From: a virus
Lineage: Duplodnaviria > Caudoviricetes
DNA length: 64,000 nucleotides
Direction: 5' to 3' (one strand)
IMG/VR virus record: IMGVR_UViG_3300021431_000120
Location: 4,744-68,743 of that record
Shown here: one piece after another, positions 1 to 10,900 of the stretch
How positions within the stretch are numbered: the first letter of the stretch is position 1
Layout: each line of letters opens with the position of its first letter
Notes under the pieces: generated by a model
The model's database searches: none
Told to the model about the DNA's origin: nothing
The model's input: only the letters and a program-made list of their open reading frames with translations
Made by a program: the position numbers and the translations under genes

Positions 1-3000
1 AGATTCCTCCTTGCCGAGCTGGATGAGGTTGGTCAGAACCAATCCTCCTTCAACCATGGTAGAGCCATCCGCCAAAGCGGTCTTAAGATACTGATATCCT
101 TGAATCTGCGTCAGAGCCTGGTTGGCTTTCGTGATTGCCTCAGCGACTTCTTCGTCGGTTATTCTGACCCAATAAAAGTCGCCGTCATTAGCGGCTCTGG
201 TATACCGATATCCCTGCCCCGTAGTATTATTGACGTAGATGTCGCCCATGTGCTTGAGTCGCGTTGCATCGTCAGACCAAGCGTTTGCTGGATAATTCGC
301 CGTTCCTCCATCCTCATCAGGAAGAGGAGCAACGTCACCGGCCCATGACTGAATCTGCCCATCTATCTGGTTCTGCAGATTCTGCGTTACAGAGTTAACT
401 GTATCAATGTAGGCTGACATTGATTGATACGTCCCGTCGCTCTTGCGGACAGAAAGCCGACCTACGATATTCAATTGACCGTTCTGATACTCAGCATGTT
501 CCCCGGAGGCATTCCCTACGAACCAACGCGGGGTCTGACCGGACTGGCGTCCAGCATAGTAATACTCGTCTCCGGTAGCAGTTACGCTGTTGAGCCCCGA
601 GAGCATCCTCTCATAGCCTCCGCCGATAACGTCTCGGATAATGACATACTGTCTCGAAGTCTGAGTCTTGTTGCCATATTGGACTATTACATCGCCTTTC
701 TGGGGAACACCGCTCCCGTCTTTCGCTGTTTTAGATAAGACAATGTAATTATCGCCAACAGCAGTGACTTCGGCACAATAATACCTTGTCTCAGCGTTCT
801 CCTCGTCGAACATCTGCCCGAGAGCTATGTCTCCGACAACAAAGAGATTTGCGACAGAGCCCTGCTTCTGATCAAAGAAGCAAGTGTACCCATTAGCGTC
901 TTCCACGACTTGATTGCACTCGATTGCAGCGGCAGACATAATCTGTTTCCCGCCGACATAGGCAATCTGATTGACTACAAGCGAGTTCACGCGAAGTTCT
1001 TTCCTCACGACCACCTTGTCCAATTCCAAGACGGCATCGCCTTCATCATCGTCATAATGGCCCCAGCCAGAACCCCCAATATCTCCCTGGACGAAACTTT
1101 TACTGGAGAGTTTAGAAGCGAATGTTGTGGGTGAATTAGATGAATCGCTTTCACCCGTCTTCTTCAAGAATAGCGGAGAAGCAACCCTGCGTACAACACT
1201 TTCTATATCCGAGGTCTTGGCATAAGTAGACCGAATTACCTCAATGTCACCTTGTATCTTCTGTACCGAACTCTCGACAGATACGACTTTGTCGGATAAA
1301 ACGACATTGATATCCGGCACTAGATATGGCTGATCATCTGACGGCTCTTCCCAGTTGTAGGTAATAGTCTGAACGTATAATGTAAGGACATCTCCATTGG
1401 TGAATCGGGAGTCTTTTGTGCGGACAGTGCATCCGGCGGAAAGTCTGTCCGCCAAGAGCGTCCCATAGTCTTCGTCCTCAAGCGTGTGTACGCGAACTTT
1501 ATCGAGCGTAATCACCCAAGTCGGGCTGATGTCGCTAAGTTTCTCCAGTTCGGTAGTCTTGACCGCATTCAAGTTTTGCTCCGCCCACTGGACGTAGATG
1601 AATGGCATGTCTATTCCGGTGAAGAAGAAGTGGTCACCTGCCACGGGTTTCCCGCCGGATTGGGAATTGGGAATATACAGACCTGTAGCGTCGAACTCGG
1701 CATCGGATTTCCGCAAGGTAATCCTCCATTCGGAAGGAACGTCGCCTATCATCTTGGACTGGTCGAAAACCGGATATGAGACTATCACGAACTCGTAGTC
1801 CTGTGACAGAGCCATGAATCCGTCCGAAAAAACTATTTTCGCCTCATTCCCTACCCTGTCGCCAAGAATCGGCTCCCATACTCGTGCTGCGTATTGTGCG
1901 TCGGATTCTCCTGCTTCTTTTGTCGTGTTCCAAATGTTCTTCACCCAGATATCGAAGGTAGGCTTCCATCCTTCCACGACGCTGTCAGCCATGGTCGCCG
2001 TCAGCGAATTGACACCGAAGGTGACAGTCTGAGTTGTGCTGAGGTCGTTATACACACGGACTTCTACAGACACATAGTAAGTGCCAGCCGGCAGACCCTC
2101 CGAAGACACTCTCTGCCCGGTATTGGCATCAATAGCGACAAATTCAGAATGGTCTGTATCCACTCTGACGCCAGCGAGAGACGCACCGTTTACCAAGCAA
2201 AGCCAAGTGAGATTTAAATTGGCGGTTTTACCTTCTGGGACAGTGAAATTCTCACTACGGAATTCATGGTCTGCCCTGGAATGAGGGGCCATGTTTATCG
2301 TCACAGAAAGAGCACCGCCAATACTATTAGTCGTTGCATTTCCTGCTGCTGCTTCTTCTATGTCGTCAGTCAGTATTTCGGACACTGCCACAACCTCATC
2401 CACCCTGCCGATAGGGTCTCTTTCTACGCCTTGTATCGTAGGATAGATGTCGTCATTGTCATCCAACGCACCCCATCGCTCACCGTATTTGGCGATGGAC
2501 TCAGTATCCCGGACGAACTCCACTGGATTGAATTTTGCATCAGTCAATCCTCTGTCATAAGCGAATCTGTATTCTTCCGGGATATCGGAATAGGTAGGAT
2601 AAGTATATCCTTCGTTCTCCCAGGTCCTGTCCCTATTCGGATTCTGCATCCAGCCTCGGACATACCAGCGGAAATTAATATCCCTGAGTCTGTCGAAATA
2701 GATGCTCCGAAGTTCATATACGGCATCCGGGTCAGCCTGCCATTCGGGATTCTGCTGGTCAGTCCGCTTAAAGTATCTGTATGGCAGATTCTTTTCTCCG
2801 CCTCGTCCCAGCAGTATATTAGTAATTCCGTCGTCTTGTACTTGACGTTCGAACTTGAGTAGTCCGCCCTTATATCCGTACTCGAAATCGTGGTCTTCGA
2901 TAGCGTCACTCGGATAATTCACCTTTATGACGTATGCCGATGTCGTGGAATCATATTCTATGTTCCAACGTAACGAAAAAGTTTCGTAGAACTTGGTAAG

Positions 3001-3498
3001 GACGTCCCAAATATGGGTATAGTTTATCTCGACAATAACCGGATTGGTGCTGTAGATGCCCTGCCCCATCTGGAACAAGTCCATCCGGATTCTATCTCCG
3101 AAGTAATACTGCAGTACGCTATTAAAAAGAGTAACGAACTGCTCCACTGGCATCGTCACGGAAGCAACATACTGGTCGGCGATAGCAACTCCCGTCGTAA
3201 CCTCCGAAAGAGACATAAAGAAATATCTCTTCAACTGGTCTTCGGCCCAAGAGTAAAATGTCAAGTCAACAATGCCGTTCCTTGTCGAGTTGTCTTTAGT
3301 CGCCTGCGGAACACGTATAGGCAGAACAAAACGCTCACCCTTAAATTCCAGTTCCCACCCGGAGAAATCAGGCGTTATGTCCCCGTCAATCCGAACCTGA
3401 GTCGTGATGACGCGAGACCCCATCTCGGAGAGTGAAATATTCGCCTGGTGCAGTGTTGCATACGAGGGGAATCCTATTTCCGTAATCTGGGGTATCAT
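1..3498 (-). CDS. Large tail/baseplate (Tal/host-specificity-like) protein, 3'-truncated by the window edge
   Basis: Not in the ORF track because it has no stop in the window. ATG at 3498 overlaps the TGA of the upstream gene and reads MIPQITEIGFPSYATLHQANISLSEMG. The same frame was spot-checked as open at 2160-2041 (DTDHSEFVAIDANTGQRVSSEGLPAG) and at 60-1 (TMVEGGLVLTNLIQLGKEES). It lies downstream of the tape measure and Dit-like genes. Confidence 0.8.
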   Translation of the reverse strand, partial: MIPQITEIGFPSYATLHQANISLSEMGSRVITTQVRIDGDITPDFSGWELEFKGERFVLPIRVPQATKDNSTRNGIVDLTFYSWAEDQLKRYFFMSLSEVTTGVAIADQYVASVTMPVEQFVTLFNSVLQYYFGDRIRMDLFQMGQGIYSTNPVIVEINYTHIWDVLTKFYETFSLRWNIEYDSTTSAYVIKVNYPSDAIEDHDFEYGYKGGLLKFERQVQDDGITNILLGRGGEKNLPYRYFKRTDQQNPEWQADPDAVYELRSIYFDRLRDINFRWYVRGWMQNPNRDRTWENEGYTYPTYSDIPEEYRFAYDRGLTDAKFNPVEFVRDTESIAKYGERWGALDDNDDIYPTIQGVERDPIGRVDEVVAVSEILTDDIEEAAAGNATTNSIGGALSVTINMAPHSRADHEFRSENFTVPEGKTANLNLTWLCLVNGASLAGVRVDTDHSEFVAIDANTGQRVSSEGLPAGTYYVSVEVRVYNDLSTTQTVTFGVNSLTATMADSVVEGWKPTFDIWVKNIWNTTKEAGESDAQYAARVWEPILGDRVGNEAKIVFSDGFMALSQDYEFVIVSYPVFDQSKMIGDVPSEWRITLRKSDAEFDATGLYIPNSQSGGKPVAGDHFFFTGIDMPFIYVQWAEQNLNAVKTTELEKLSDISPTWVITLDKVRVHTLEDEDYGTLLADRLSAGCTVRTKDSRFTNGDVLTLYVQTITYNWEEPSDDQPYLVPDINVVLSDKVVSVESSVQKIQGDIEVIRSTYAKTSDIESVVRRVASPLFLKKTGESDSSNSPTTFASKLSSKSFVQGDIGGSGWGHYDDDEGDAVLELDKVVVRKELRVNSLVVNQIAYVGGKQIMSAAAIECNQVVEDANGYTCFFDQKQGSVANLFVVGDIALGQMFDEENAETRYYCAEVTAVGDNYIVLSKTAKDGSGVPQKGDVIVQYGNKTQTSRQYVIIRDVIGGGYERMLSGLNSVTATGDEYYYAGRQSGQTPRWFVGNASGEHAEYQNGQLNIVGRLSVRKSDGTYQSMSAYIDTVNSVTQNLQNQIDGQIQSWAGDVAPLPDEDGGTANYPANAWSDDATRLKHMGDIYVNNTTGQGYRYTRAANDGDFYWVRITDEEVAEAITKANQALTQIQGYQYLKTALADGSTMVEGGLVLTNLIQLGKEES

Positions 3499-3962
3499 AG
3501 GCTAAAATCGCAAAGGCTGGGTTTATTAACACGGATGGTCCATTCGACAATCACAATATCATTAAGCTGGTCGCTCGGATCCCTCCAGAAATCCTCCGCT
3601 TCTGCAATGGGCTGAGGATAACCGACTATCTTGTGCCGTTTATAATCATTGTAAAACTCGACCTGCTTGTAGGTCTTGACATCGCTATTAGCGGGCTGAG
3701 TATAAAGCAGAGCATTAAATGCTGATATCTTTGCATTCGCGTCTTCGATAGAATCAGCCTGAATGAAGAACTTGGCAGTATAATCGAAGGCGGCATCCAC
3801 CGTCTTCGGGATGATATGTTCACCTTCTTCCTCCGGATAAGATGTCGTTTCAAAGCCCTTGGAAGGGGCTCCCGTCCTCTTGTCTGAGTCTAGATAAACA
3901 AGACCATAAGTCGTGGTATCCACGACCTCTCCGTCTCCTATTTTAAGCCTTACTCTCAGCAT
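3495..3962 (-). CDS. Probable distal tail (Dit-like) structural protein
   Basis: 155-aa ORF between the tape measure gene and the large tail gene. The call rests on synteny. Confidence 0.55.
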   Translation of the reverse strand: MLRVRLKIGDGEVVDTTTYGLVYLDSDKRTGAPSKGFETTSYPEEEGEHIIPKTVDAAFDYTAKFFIQADSIEDANAKISAFNALLYTQPANSDVKTYKQVEFYNDYKRHKIVGYPQPIAEAEDFWRDPSDQLNDIVIVEWTIRVNKPSLCDFSL

Positions 3963-4314
3963 CGCTTATGTAACTGCAGTTTTTACATTTCTCGTCCAAT
4001 GCATCCTCGTGGAGCAATACCGGGCATCCGTCACCTTCGTTGGTGTATTTGCATCTGTTCGCCTTCCTGATGGATTCACGCTTATCGTCCAGTTTCTTCT
4101 CCAGACGGGCGTTCATGTTGCGGGTCTTGCGATTCTCCTCGTCCTGCTCGGCAATATAATCCTTCTGCATTTGCAGTATTTGCTGCACGTTGGTGAGTAT
4201 ATCTGACTCTTTCTTTTGCTTGGAACGAAAGACATGAGCAAACCAACCACCGCACAGCGTTAGAATCGGTATCAAGACTTTCTCAAAAGCCGCAATCACA
4301 TCAGCATCCATCAC
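3943..4314 (-). CDS. Holin-like membrane protein
   Basis: One N-terminal hydrophobic segment (VLIPILTLCGGWFAHVF), then a coiled coil and a Cys-containing tail. Confidence 0.45.
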   Translation of the reverse strand: MMDADVIAAFEKVLIPILTLCGGWFAHVFRSKQKKESDILTNVQQILQMQKDYIAEQDEENRKTRNMNARLEKKLDDKRESIRKANRCKYTNEGDGCPVLLHEDALDEKCKNCSYISDAESKA

Positions 4315-4790
4315 TTCACCGCAAATTTATAAGTTCTACATACGACGTCATCCGACTGCTCCGCTCCAATGCGGTTGTCGCCGAATATATACAACGGAAC
4401 CCGGACCTGCATAACAGAACCGGGTATCCCCTTGACATCCATGTCGCATCCGTTGGCGAAATACAACATGGGTATTATTTTCTTTTCAACATTCAGACCG
4501 ACACGAATCGTCCCGCTACAATTATGGAACACGTAAACGGTCTTGTCTGTCAAAATCTCTCCGTGGAAAACTTTGTCGATAAATATTCCATCGGCCTCAT
4601 TATTGGTGAAATCTTTCCGCAGAGTTGCCATCGAAGGGTAACCTTCTTCCAATGCCCAATCAATGGTTTTTTTATACAACTCAATCGCTTCCTCTTTAGA
4701 CGTAACTGATTCAAGCATAATGCGATTCTCCTTGCACATGTGATGCAAGGAAGCCTCCCGGCGAAGTCGTATTTTCCACTGTTGTTCCAT
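4311..4790 (-). CDS. Hypothetical phage protein
   Basis: 159-aa ORF, co-oriented with and overlapping its neighbour by 4 nt. Confidence 0.7.
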   Translation of the reverse strand: MEQQWKIRLRREASLHHMCKENRIMLESVTSKEEAIELYKKTIDWALEEGYPSMATLRKDFTNNEADGIFIDKVFHGEILTDKTVYVFHNCSGTIRVGLNVEKKIIPMLYFANGCDMDVKGIPGSVMQVRVPLYIFGDNRIGAEQSDDVVCRTYKFAVK

Positions 4791-4830
4791 TGTATCGCAA
4801 ATATAATAAAAAAACGATAATAGAAAAATA

Positions 4831-4862
4831 ACCCTGAGGTAATTTCACAACTACCCCAGGGT
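4831..4862 (-). terminator. Hairpin (12-bp stem, TTGTGAAA loop) downstream of the tape measure gene
   Basis: Minus strand ACCCTGGGGTAG-TTGTGAAA-TTACCTCAGGGT, followed by a T-rich tract. Confidence 0.6.
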
Positions 4863-4923
4863 CCATAACAAAAACAAAGGTTTTTATGGCAACTGTCTTA
4901 TTTTGTACAAAGGTTATGCCAAA

Positions 4924-7900
4924 CTACATTCTTGCCGAAACATAGTATGTCGCCGCAGCCCCAACCGGACGGATAACCCTCTCAAGCATCGCCCGGATGG
5001 AAGCCATCTCGTCCCGCATCTGAGGTAACGTGCCTACATACGCAAGCATCTGGTCTTTATACGGGTCAACATACTCGCCAGTCGTGCCAGAGCCTGCCGT
5101 GGTCGTTCCGCCAGTCAACGTCGAAAGAATCATAGCAACATTCATGTCTATGTGCTGCATATAGAAGTTCTGCGTGTTGATTCCGGCAGTTAAACCCAAG
5201 ATAGACTCCTCGGAAGCACCCGCAATATCCCGAGAAATACCCGTCATGGAACCCGCCTGGTCTCGAAGGTTGACGCCAGCCGCAAGCAACTCATTCATCA
5301 TATTGTTCATGGATGCGTCAATCATCTCCATCCTTTCGGGAAGCATTGCCGAGATGCCCCCGATCTCCTGTGCCGTTAACTCGCCGTCCTTGGAGGCCGT
5401 ATCAATGGCATCGAAGACAGGTCTAAGAACACTCTGAATTAACTGGGCGGCCAGAGAGTTGACAACCATATTCTCCACCATGTCTTTGAACTTCTCCTTC
5501 ATCGCATCTGTCGTGGAGCCGAACTGCTTATACGCCTCAATCCAGGATTCGGCAAAATCTTTAGCCGCAGATGTCAAATCGGTTCCAGACATGAACTCTG
5601 CCAACTGTCCCTCCATATCCGTTATCTGGTCCTGGACATCCCTTGCTGCGTTGTTATACTCCTCGATTTTCTTCTGGTCTTTTTTCTTGCCCTTCTGACT
5701 TTCCAACTGGGCTTGCTTCTGGTACGCTTCCATCTGGGCTCGCAACGCCTCCAACTGTTTGTTGTAATTGTAGATGTAGTCAGACCCAAACGCATCCTCC
5801 ATAGCCTTTCCAAGGCGGTTGTAGTTATACTCCATAGCAGTGATTAATCGGTCCTGCTCCTCTATCTGTTTGTTAATGCGTTTGATTTTCAACTGCTGTC
5901 CCGTGCCGAAAATACCAGAGATCATAGACCCAAGCCCCTTTATCGCTTGTGCCGTGCCACCTATGACGTCCCCAGACAAAGCCTTACCAATACCAGTAGC
6001 CATATCAGTAGCTCCAGACATCGTCTTACCAATTCCGCTTGCGATAATATCGAAGGTCTCGGCAGTGTCATCGCTAGCAAAAGTAGAGACTATCTCTCCT
6101 ATCCCTCCGAGTGCGTCATTAACATACCCGCTCCATTCACGCATAGAATCCGCCGCATCCATAATATGCTTGCTCGCTTCTCGGTATTTGTTCGCAGTCT
6201 TCTGAGCCGCTTTTGCTTCTTCTATTGCAAGGTCGGTAACGGCGGCTTGGGCTTCCATCTTAGCCTTTGCCTCCTCCGCCGCTGCTGACCCCGCAGGAAG
6301 CGATTCATACTCTTTCTTTAGCAGTTCGAGTTGACGTTTTTCGTCTTCCATACGATTGGTAGCGAGAACAGCATTGGTATCCGCCTCTTTTCTGCTTTGA
6401 GTGACGGTCAATTTGCGATATTCCTTGAGTGATTGGACAAATGCTTTAATGGGGTTTCTTCTTGCTAATTGCTGGTCCAATTCGTTGATTCTTGACTGCA
6501 ACTCCTTAAGTTCTGTAGGTGCAAGGTCAAGGTCTTTCCACTCATCCTTCATTGCAGCAAGATTGTTTCTCATGTTTTTAAGCATTGTCGCAGAGGCGGT
6601 GTCGAGATTGGCGAACAACTCGATATACATCGGAGTATCCTTGAATGCTTCGTATTGCAGTTTAGCGGTTTCTTCTGCCTCCTTCTTCGCGTTCTGCTTC
6701 AAAAATCTGTTTTTTGTGGAATCGTCAACAGTCAACGAATTAATTTGGGCAATACGCTTCGCAGATTGCCTTGCAATCTCTACTTGTTTTTCTCCGTATG
6801 TCTTGGACTTCTGTAGAGATTTTAAGAGACTCAGAACAAGGCTGTCGTTGTACTTCTCAACCTCTCCCCTAAGCCTCTTAATTACCTGAGCGACGTTATC
6901 AGGCAACTCGTTAAGATGGGCATATAAGTCATCAAAGTCGAGCGTAGTGGTATCTCCGACAAGTTGTGCAAGCAACCCCTTGTCTATCATCTTAGGGTCG
7001 ATAGAGTTCAGTGCCTCATACAACTCGCGTTGAACTCTCTCTTTGAACTCCTCCCCGGGCTGCCCGTACACAGACATGCTCATCGTGGCGGCTAAATCAT
7101 TATCGCCCGTGAGTTCAAGGATATTATTGAAGAAATTCCTCGCCGTTTCCGAGCGTTTGATTTCCTCGGAAAGTTGTTTGAGACTTTCGTCCAAATTGTG
7201 CTTTACCTTGTCAAATTTAATATTCGCAATCGCTTGCTCAATGATACGAGTCGCATCCGCATCGCCCTTATATTGAGTTAACATGGTTTCTAATGCAGTA
7301 ACCATATTCTCATAGGTGGGCTCCCACCCTTTAAGTGCGGGGAAGAAAGTCGCAATGTCCAATAATGCTTTTCCTTTTGTTTCGTATTTACGTAACTCAA
7401 TAAATTTTTTATATGCGTTAGTAATGTCATTGATTTGATTTCGCAATCTTTGGAGATGGTCATCTCTACCGCCGCTTTTCTTTTGGGTAAGATAAAAAGC
7501 ATTGTAATAATCCAACTCTTCTTTTGCAAGTTTTTTTCGTGCAGTAGTCCTGTCCAACATCCCTTGCAGTTCTTCTTTTTCTGCCCCTGTCTTTCCCTTA
7601 ATGGATGCTGTTAATGCTTTCTCTTGCTCGTCGTACTCCTTATATTTTTTTGCGATGTCTTCGAGAGCATCTGAAAGGTTTGTATAATTCTTAATTTGGT
7701 CAGGCGAAATTGTTATTATTGCTTTCCCCTCTTTGTCTACTCTGCTGTTAAACTCAATTAACTTATCTTGCCATGTTGCCGTTTCTTTAGCACTTTTGCT
7801 CGCCGCCGTGGTAACTCCATTTAGAGTGTCCTCCAATTCTTGATTCGTTTTGGATAACTTGCTGTTTTCGTCTGTCAACTTAACAATGGCTTGCGCATTT

Positions 7901-10900
7901 TCTTTGTATTGTTTTGAGGACATCGGAACAGGGATAGGAGAGAGCAAGCCGATGCCCTTGTTACGTGCCCATCCTCGATTGCTCTGTTTTGTGAGCTTGT
8001 CTATTTCTTTTTGATTCTTTCGTATTTGTTTTGCATTTTCTTTTATTTCGGACTCCATCCCCTTCCGTAATGCTTTTTCAGCCTGTTCATTGTATTCTCT
8101 TAATTTTGCGATATTAAGAGTGAGTGCTCCAGTCTGTTGATTGATACCTTCCGTCGTTTTAGGGAAAATATTACTTAAATCGCGAGAAATATCCCGCAGT
8201 TTTTTGGCTTCGTCCGCTGTCAATTTTTCCTTCTTCGACAATTCCTCATACTCATCAATCATTTGAGCAGTATCCTTTGTTGTCCTATTGAATGCCTCAA
8301 TAGAGGCTGTCGCTTGGTCTATAGATTGGTTGATATCGTGAGTCTTTTTCGATAAAGACCCAAACAAAGCGATAAGGCTTCCGACTACAACCGCAATCGC
8401 ACCAAAGGGGGTTTTTAACATAGCCGCTGCAAGCCCCCACATAGCTTTTGAAAGAGCGGTTGTCGCGACTCTTGCTCGCCCCATAGCCCACGTGTGGGCA
8501 TCCGTCGCCGCAGTCGAGATTTTTTCTGCGGTAGTTTTGCCTATCAAGGACGTTATGAATCGTCGCATCCCTTTTTCCCTAATAGACTCGGCGGCAGAGG
8601 CTTCCGCAGTCGCTTTTGCTGCCAACTTAGTTACGCCGGCAACACTTTTTGCTATTCCGTAATAGGTTAATAGCCCAGAACCGACTACTTTAATAACACT
8701 AGCCCAATCCCTCCAATGCTTCAGCATAGAACGAGTAAGAGCAATTATGTCTTCCATCGCTTGATGAACGCCTTCTGTATTGCCTATTTCATCGTACATT
8801 ATGCTTGCAGCATCTTTCAAGTTAGCCCACTGGCCAGCCAGGGTTTTAGCTTGTTTTTCTTGCATCTTATAGAAGATGCCCCCCGCACTTGTCATGTCAT
8901 TAAATATCTCCTCAATCATTCGAAAAGGGACGGCTCGTTCGGAAATGAGTTGGAAGACCTCTCCTGTAGATACCATCTCTCCTCGTAATTCAGAGAATTT
9001 CTCCGCGAGTTTATCCACTAATGGTACGCCAGCCTCCGTAAACTGCCGTAATTCCTGACCGCGAAGCACTGATGCGGCTCGTACTTGGCCGTAGGCAAGA
9101 ATCAATCGCCCCATATCGACACCAAGACCGGCGGAAACATCCGCAAGTTTCTTGGTCGTATCAAACAACTTATCTGTCTCTATTTGATAGGCCGAAAGTT
9201 GCTTTGTATATGATACAAGGTCTTTTATTTCAAACGGAGATTCTATAGCCGCAGCCTTAATTTTACGGAAAAGGCTCTCCGCTCTTTCTGTATCCTGTAT
9301 AATTGAACCTAACGAGACGCGTTGGAGTTCGAATTCGGCAGTAACTTCGCGCACGTTCCTTACAAATCTTCCTGCCGCATGCAACCCAATAAGCCGAATA
9401 GAATTCTTAACCAAGTTCTCCAACTTGCTGTCTGTCTTGTCAACCTCGCCATTGACTTTCGCCAATTCAGCACGAACACGTTCAAGTTCTTGCTTTAATC
9501 GTTCATATCTACTTGACCCAATTACAGCCTTCGAAAGCCGAGAAGAAAGAATCCTCTCTTTTTCTTGTAAAAGACTGATTGTATTAACTGTGGAATTTAA
9601 AATGGCATTCTCTCGTTTATAGACGTTTTGCAATTCCTCAGCTTTTTTCTTTCGAGATTGTTCTTTCTGTAAGATTTGCTCCATTGAAACGCCTTGCTCT
9701 TGCAATTTTTTGACCATCGCTTTATAATAGTCATATATAGCTCGAGCCTCAGAAGTCATTGCTCCGCCATCCCACTTCTTATTAAAATCAAGAGAATTCC
9801 ATGATTCCGTTAATCGCTGAATAGTTGCATTCGTTCGGTCAATATTCTTAGATGATAAGCCTATGGCTTTCAATTCTGTATTAACCTTTGCAATCTCTTC
9901 TGACAATTCTCTAATATGGATCGCTGCATCACGCCACTCAGGGGAGTCTATTTCGGCGGCATTCAATACTTGTCGCCATGCAGCGAGTTTTGCGTTTAAG
10001 TCGTTCATGGATTTTGCTTCCATATTGAGGGTGTCACGCAACTTCAAACCCTCCTCCCGCAATCTCGCTTTTTCTGCCGCTTCCCTCTTCCGCGCTTCGG
10101 CCTCCTTCTCGGCCTCTTCTCGGGCTCTCTTTCTTGCATCATATTCGGCATGTAGAGCCTCAGCAATCTTCTCCGATTCTTCCCGTGTGTCCGCATATTC
10201 TTTTTGAAGCCTTTCTAACTCTGCGGTGGGGTTCCCCTCTGCATCGAACAACTTAACCTTCCCCATTGAACTAAACTCTTTTTGCAAATCTTGGAGTTTT
10301 GAATTCAATGCATCAAGGCTCCCTGTTTCCTGTCCTAAGTCTCGGATGTCTTTTTGTACTTGTTCAATTTCAGTACGCATTTGTTTAATGGTCTCCAATA
10401 ACTGAAGCCATTCATCGGAACCGATAGTAGTATTCTGAAGTTGTCCTTGCAAAGCAGCCATTTTTTCGCTCATCTGCGACATTGTAGTCGCAGACTTTTG
10501 AATAATAAACAGCCGTTCTTCTTCCGCACGTTTTGCATTTATCGTTGTTTGGGCTTGTCTATCAACTAGTTCTGCATTGTGCGAACGCAAATCTATTTCT
10601 TGTCGCAGAAGAAAGATTGCTTCTTGTAACGATTTCTGCTCGCCAAGTTGCTCTGAGGAAAGTCCGTACCGCTGTTGTATCGCGGAAAGTTCTTGCAACC
10701 GCTCCTTAGCGCTTTGGATGCCTTCGCTCAATTCTTCAAAACTAGACATCGAATATTTAACAACGCCATCTATTTCTTTCCGCGTAACTGTTAATAATTC
10801 GTTGACTGTCTTTATCCTGTCAATAAATTCTTTATCCTTACCCTCACCGACAACATCGACTCCAACTTTCAATTCCAAGTCTTTTGTTTCTTGTCGTATC

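Noticed and set aside
1-3494. Apparent 3.5-kb region with only short ORFs in the track
   Set aside because: This is an artefact: one minus-strand frame from ATG 3498 appears open to the window edge, so the short ORFs are shadows.
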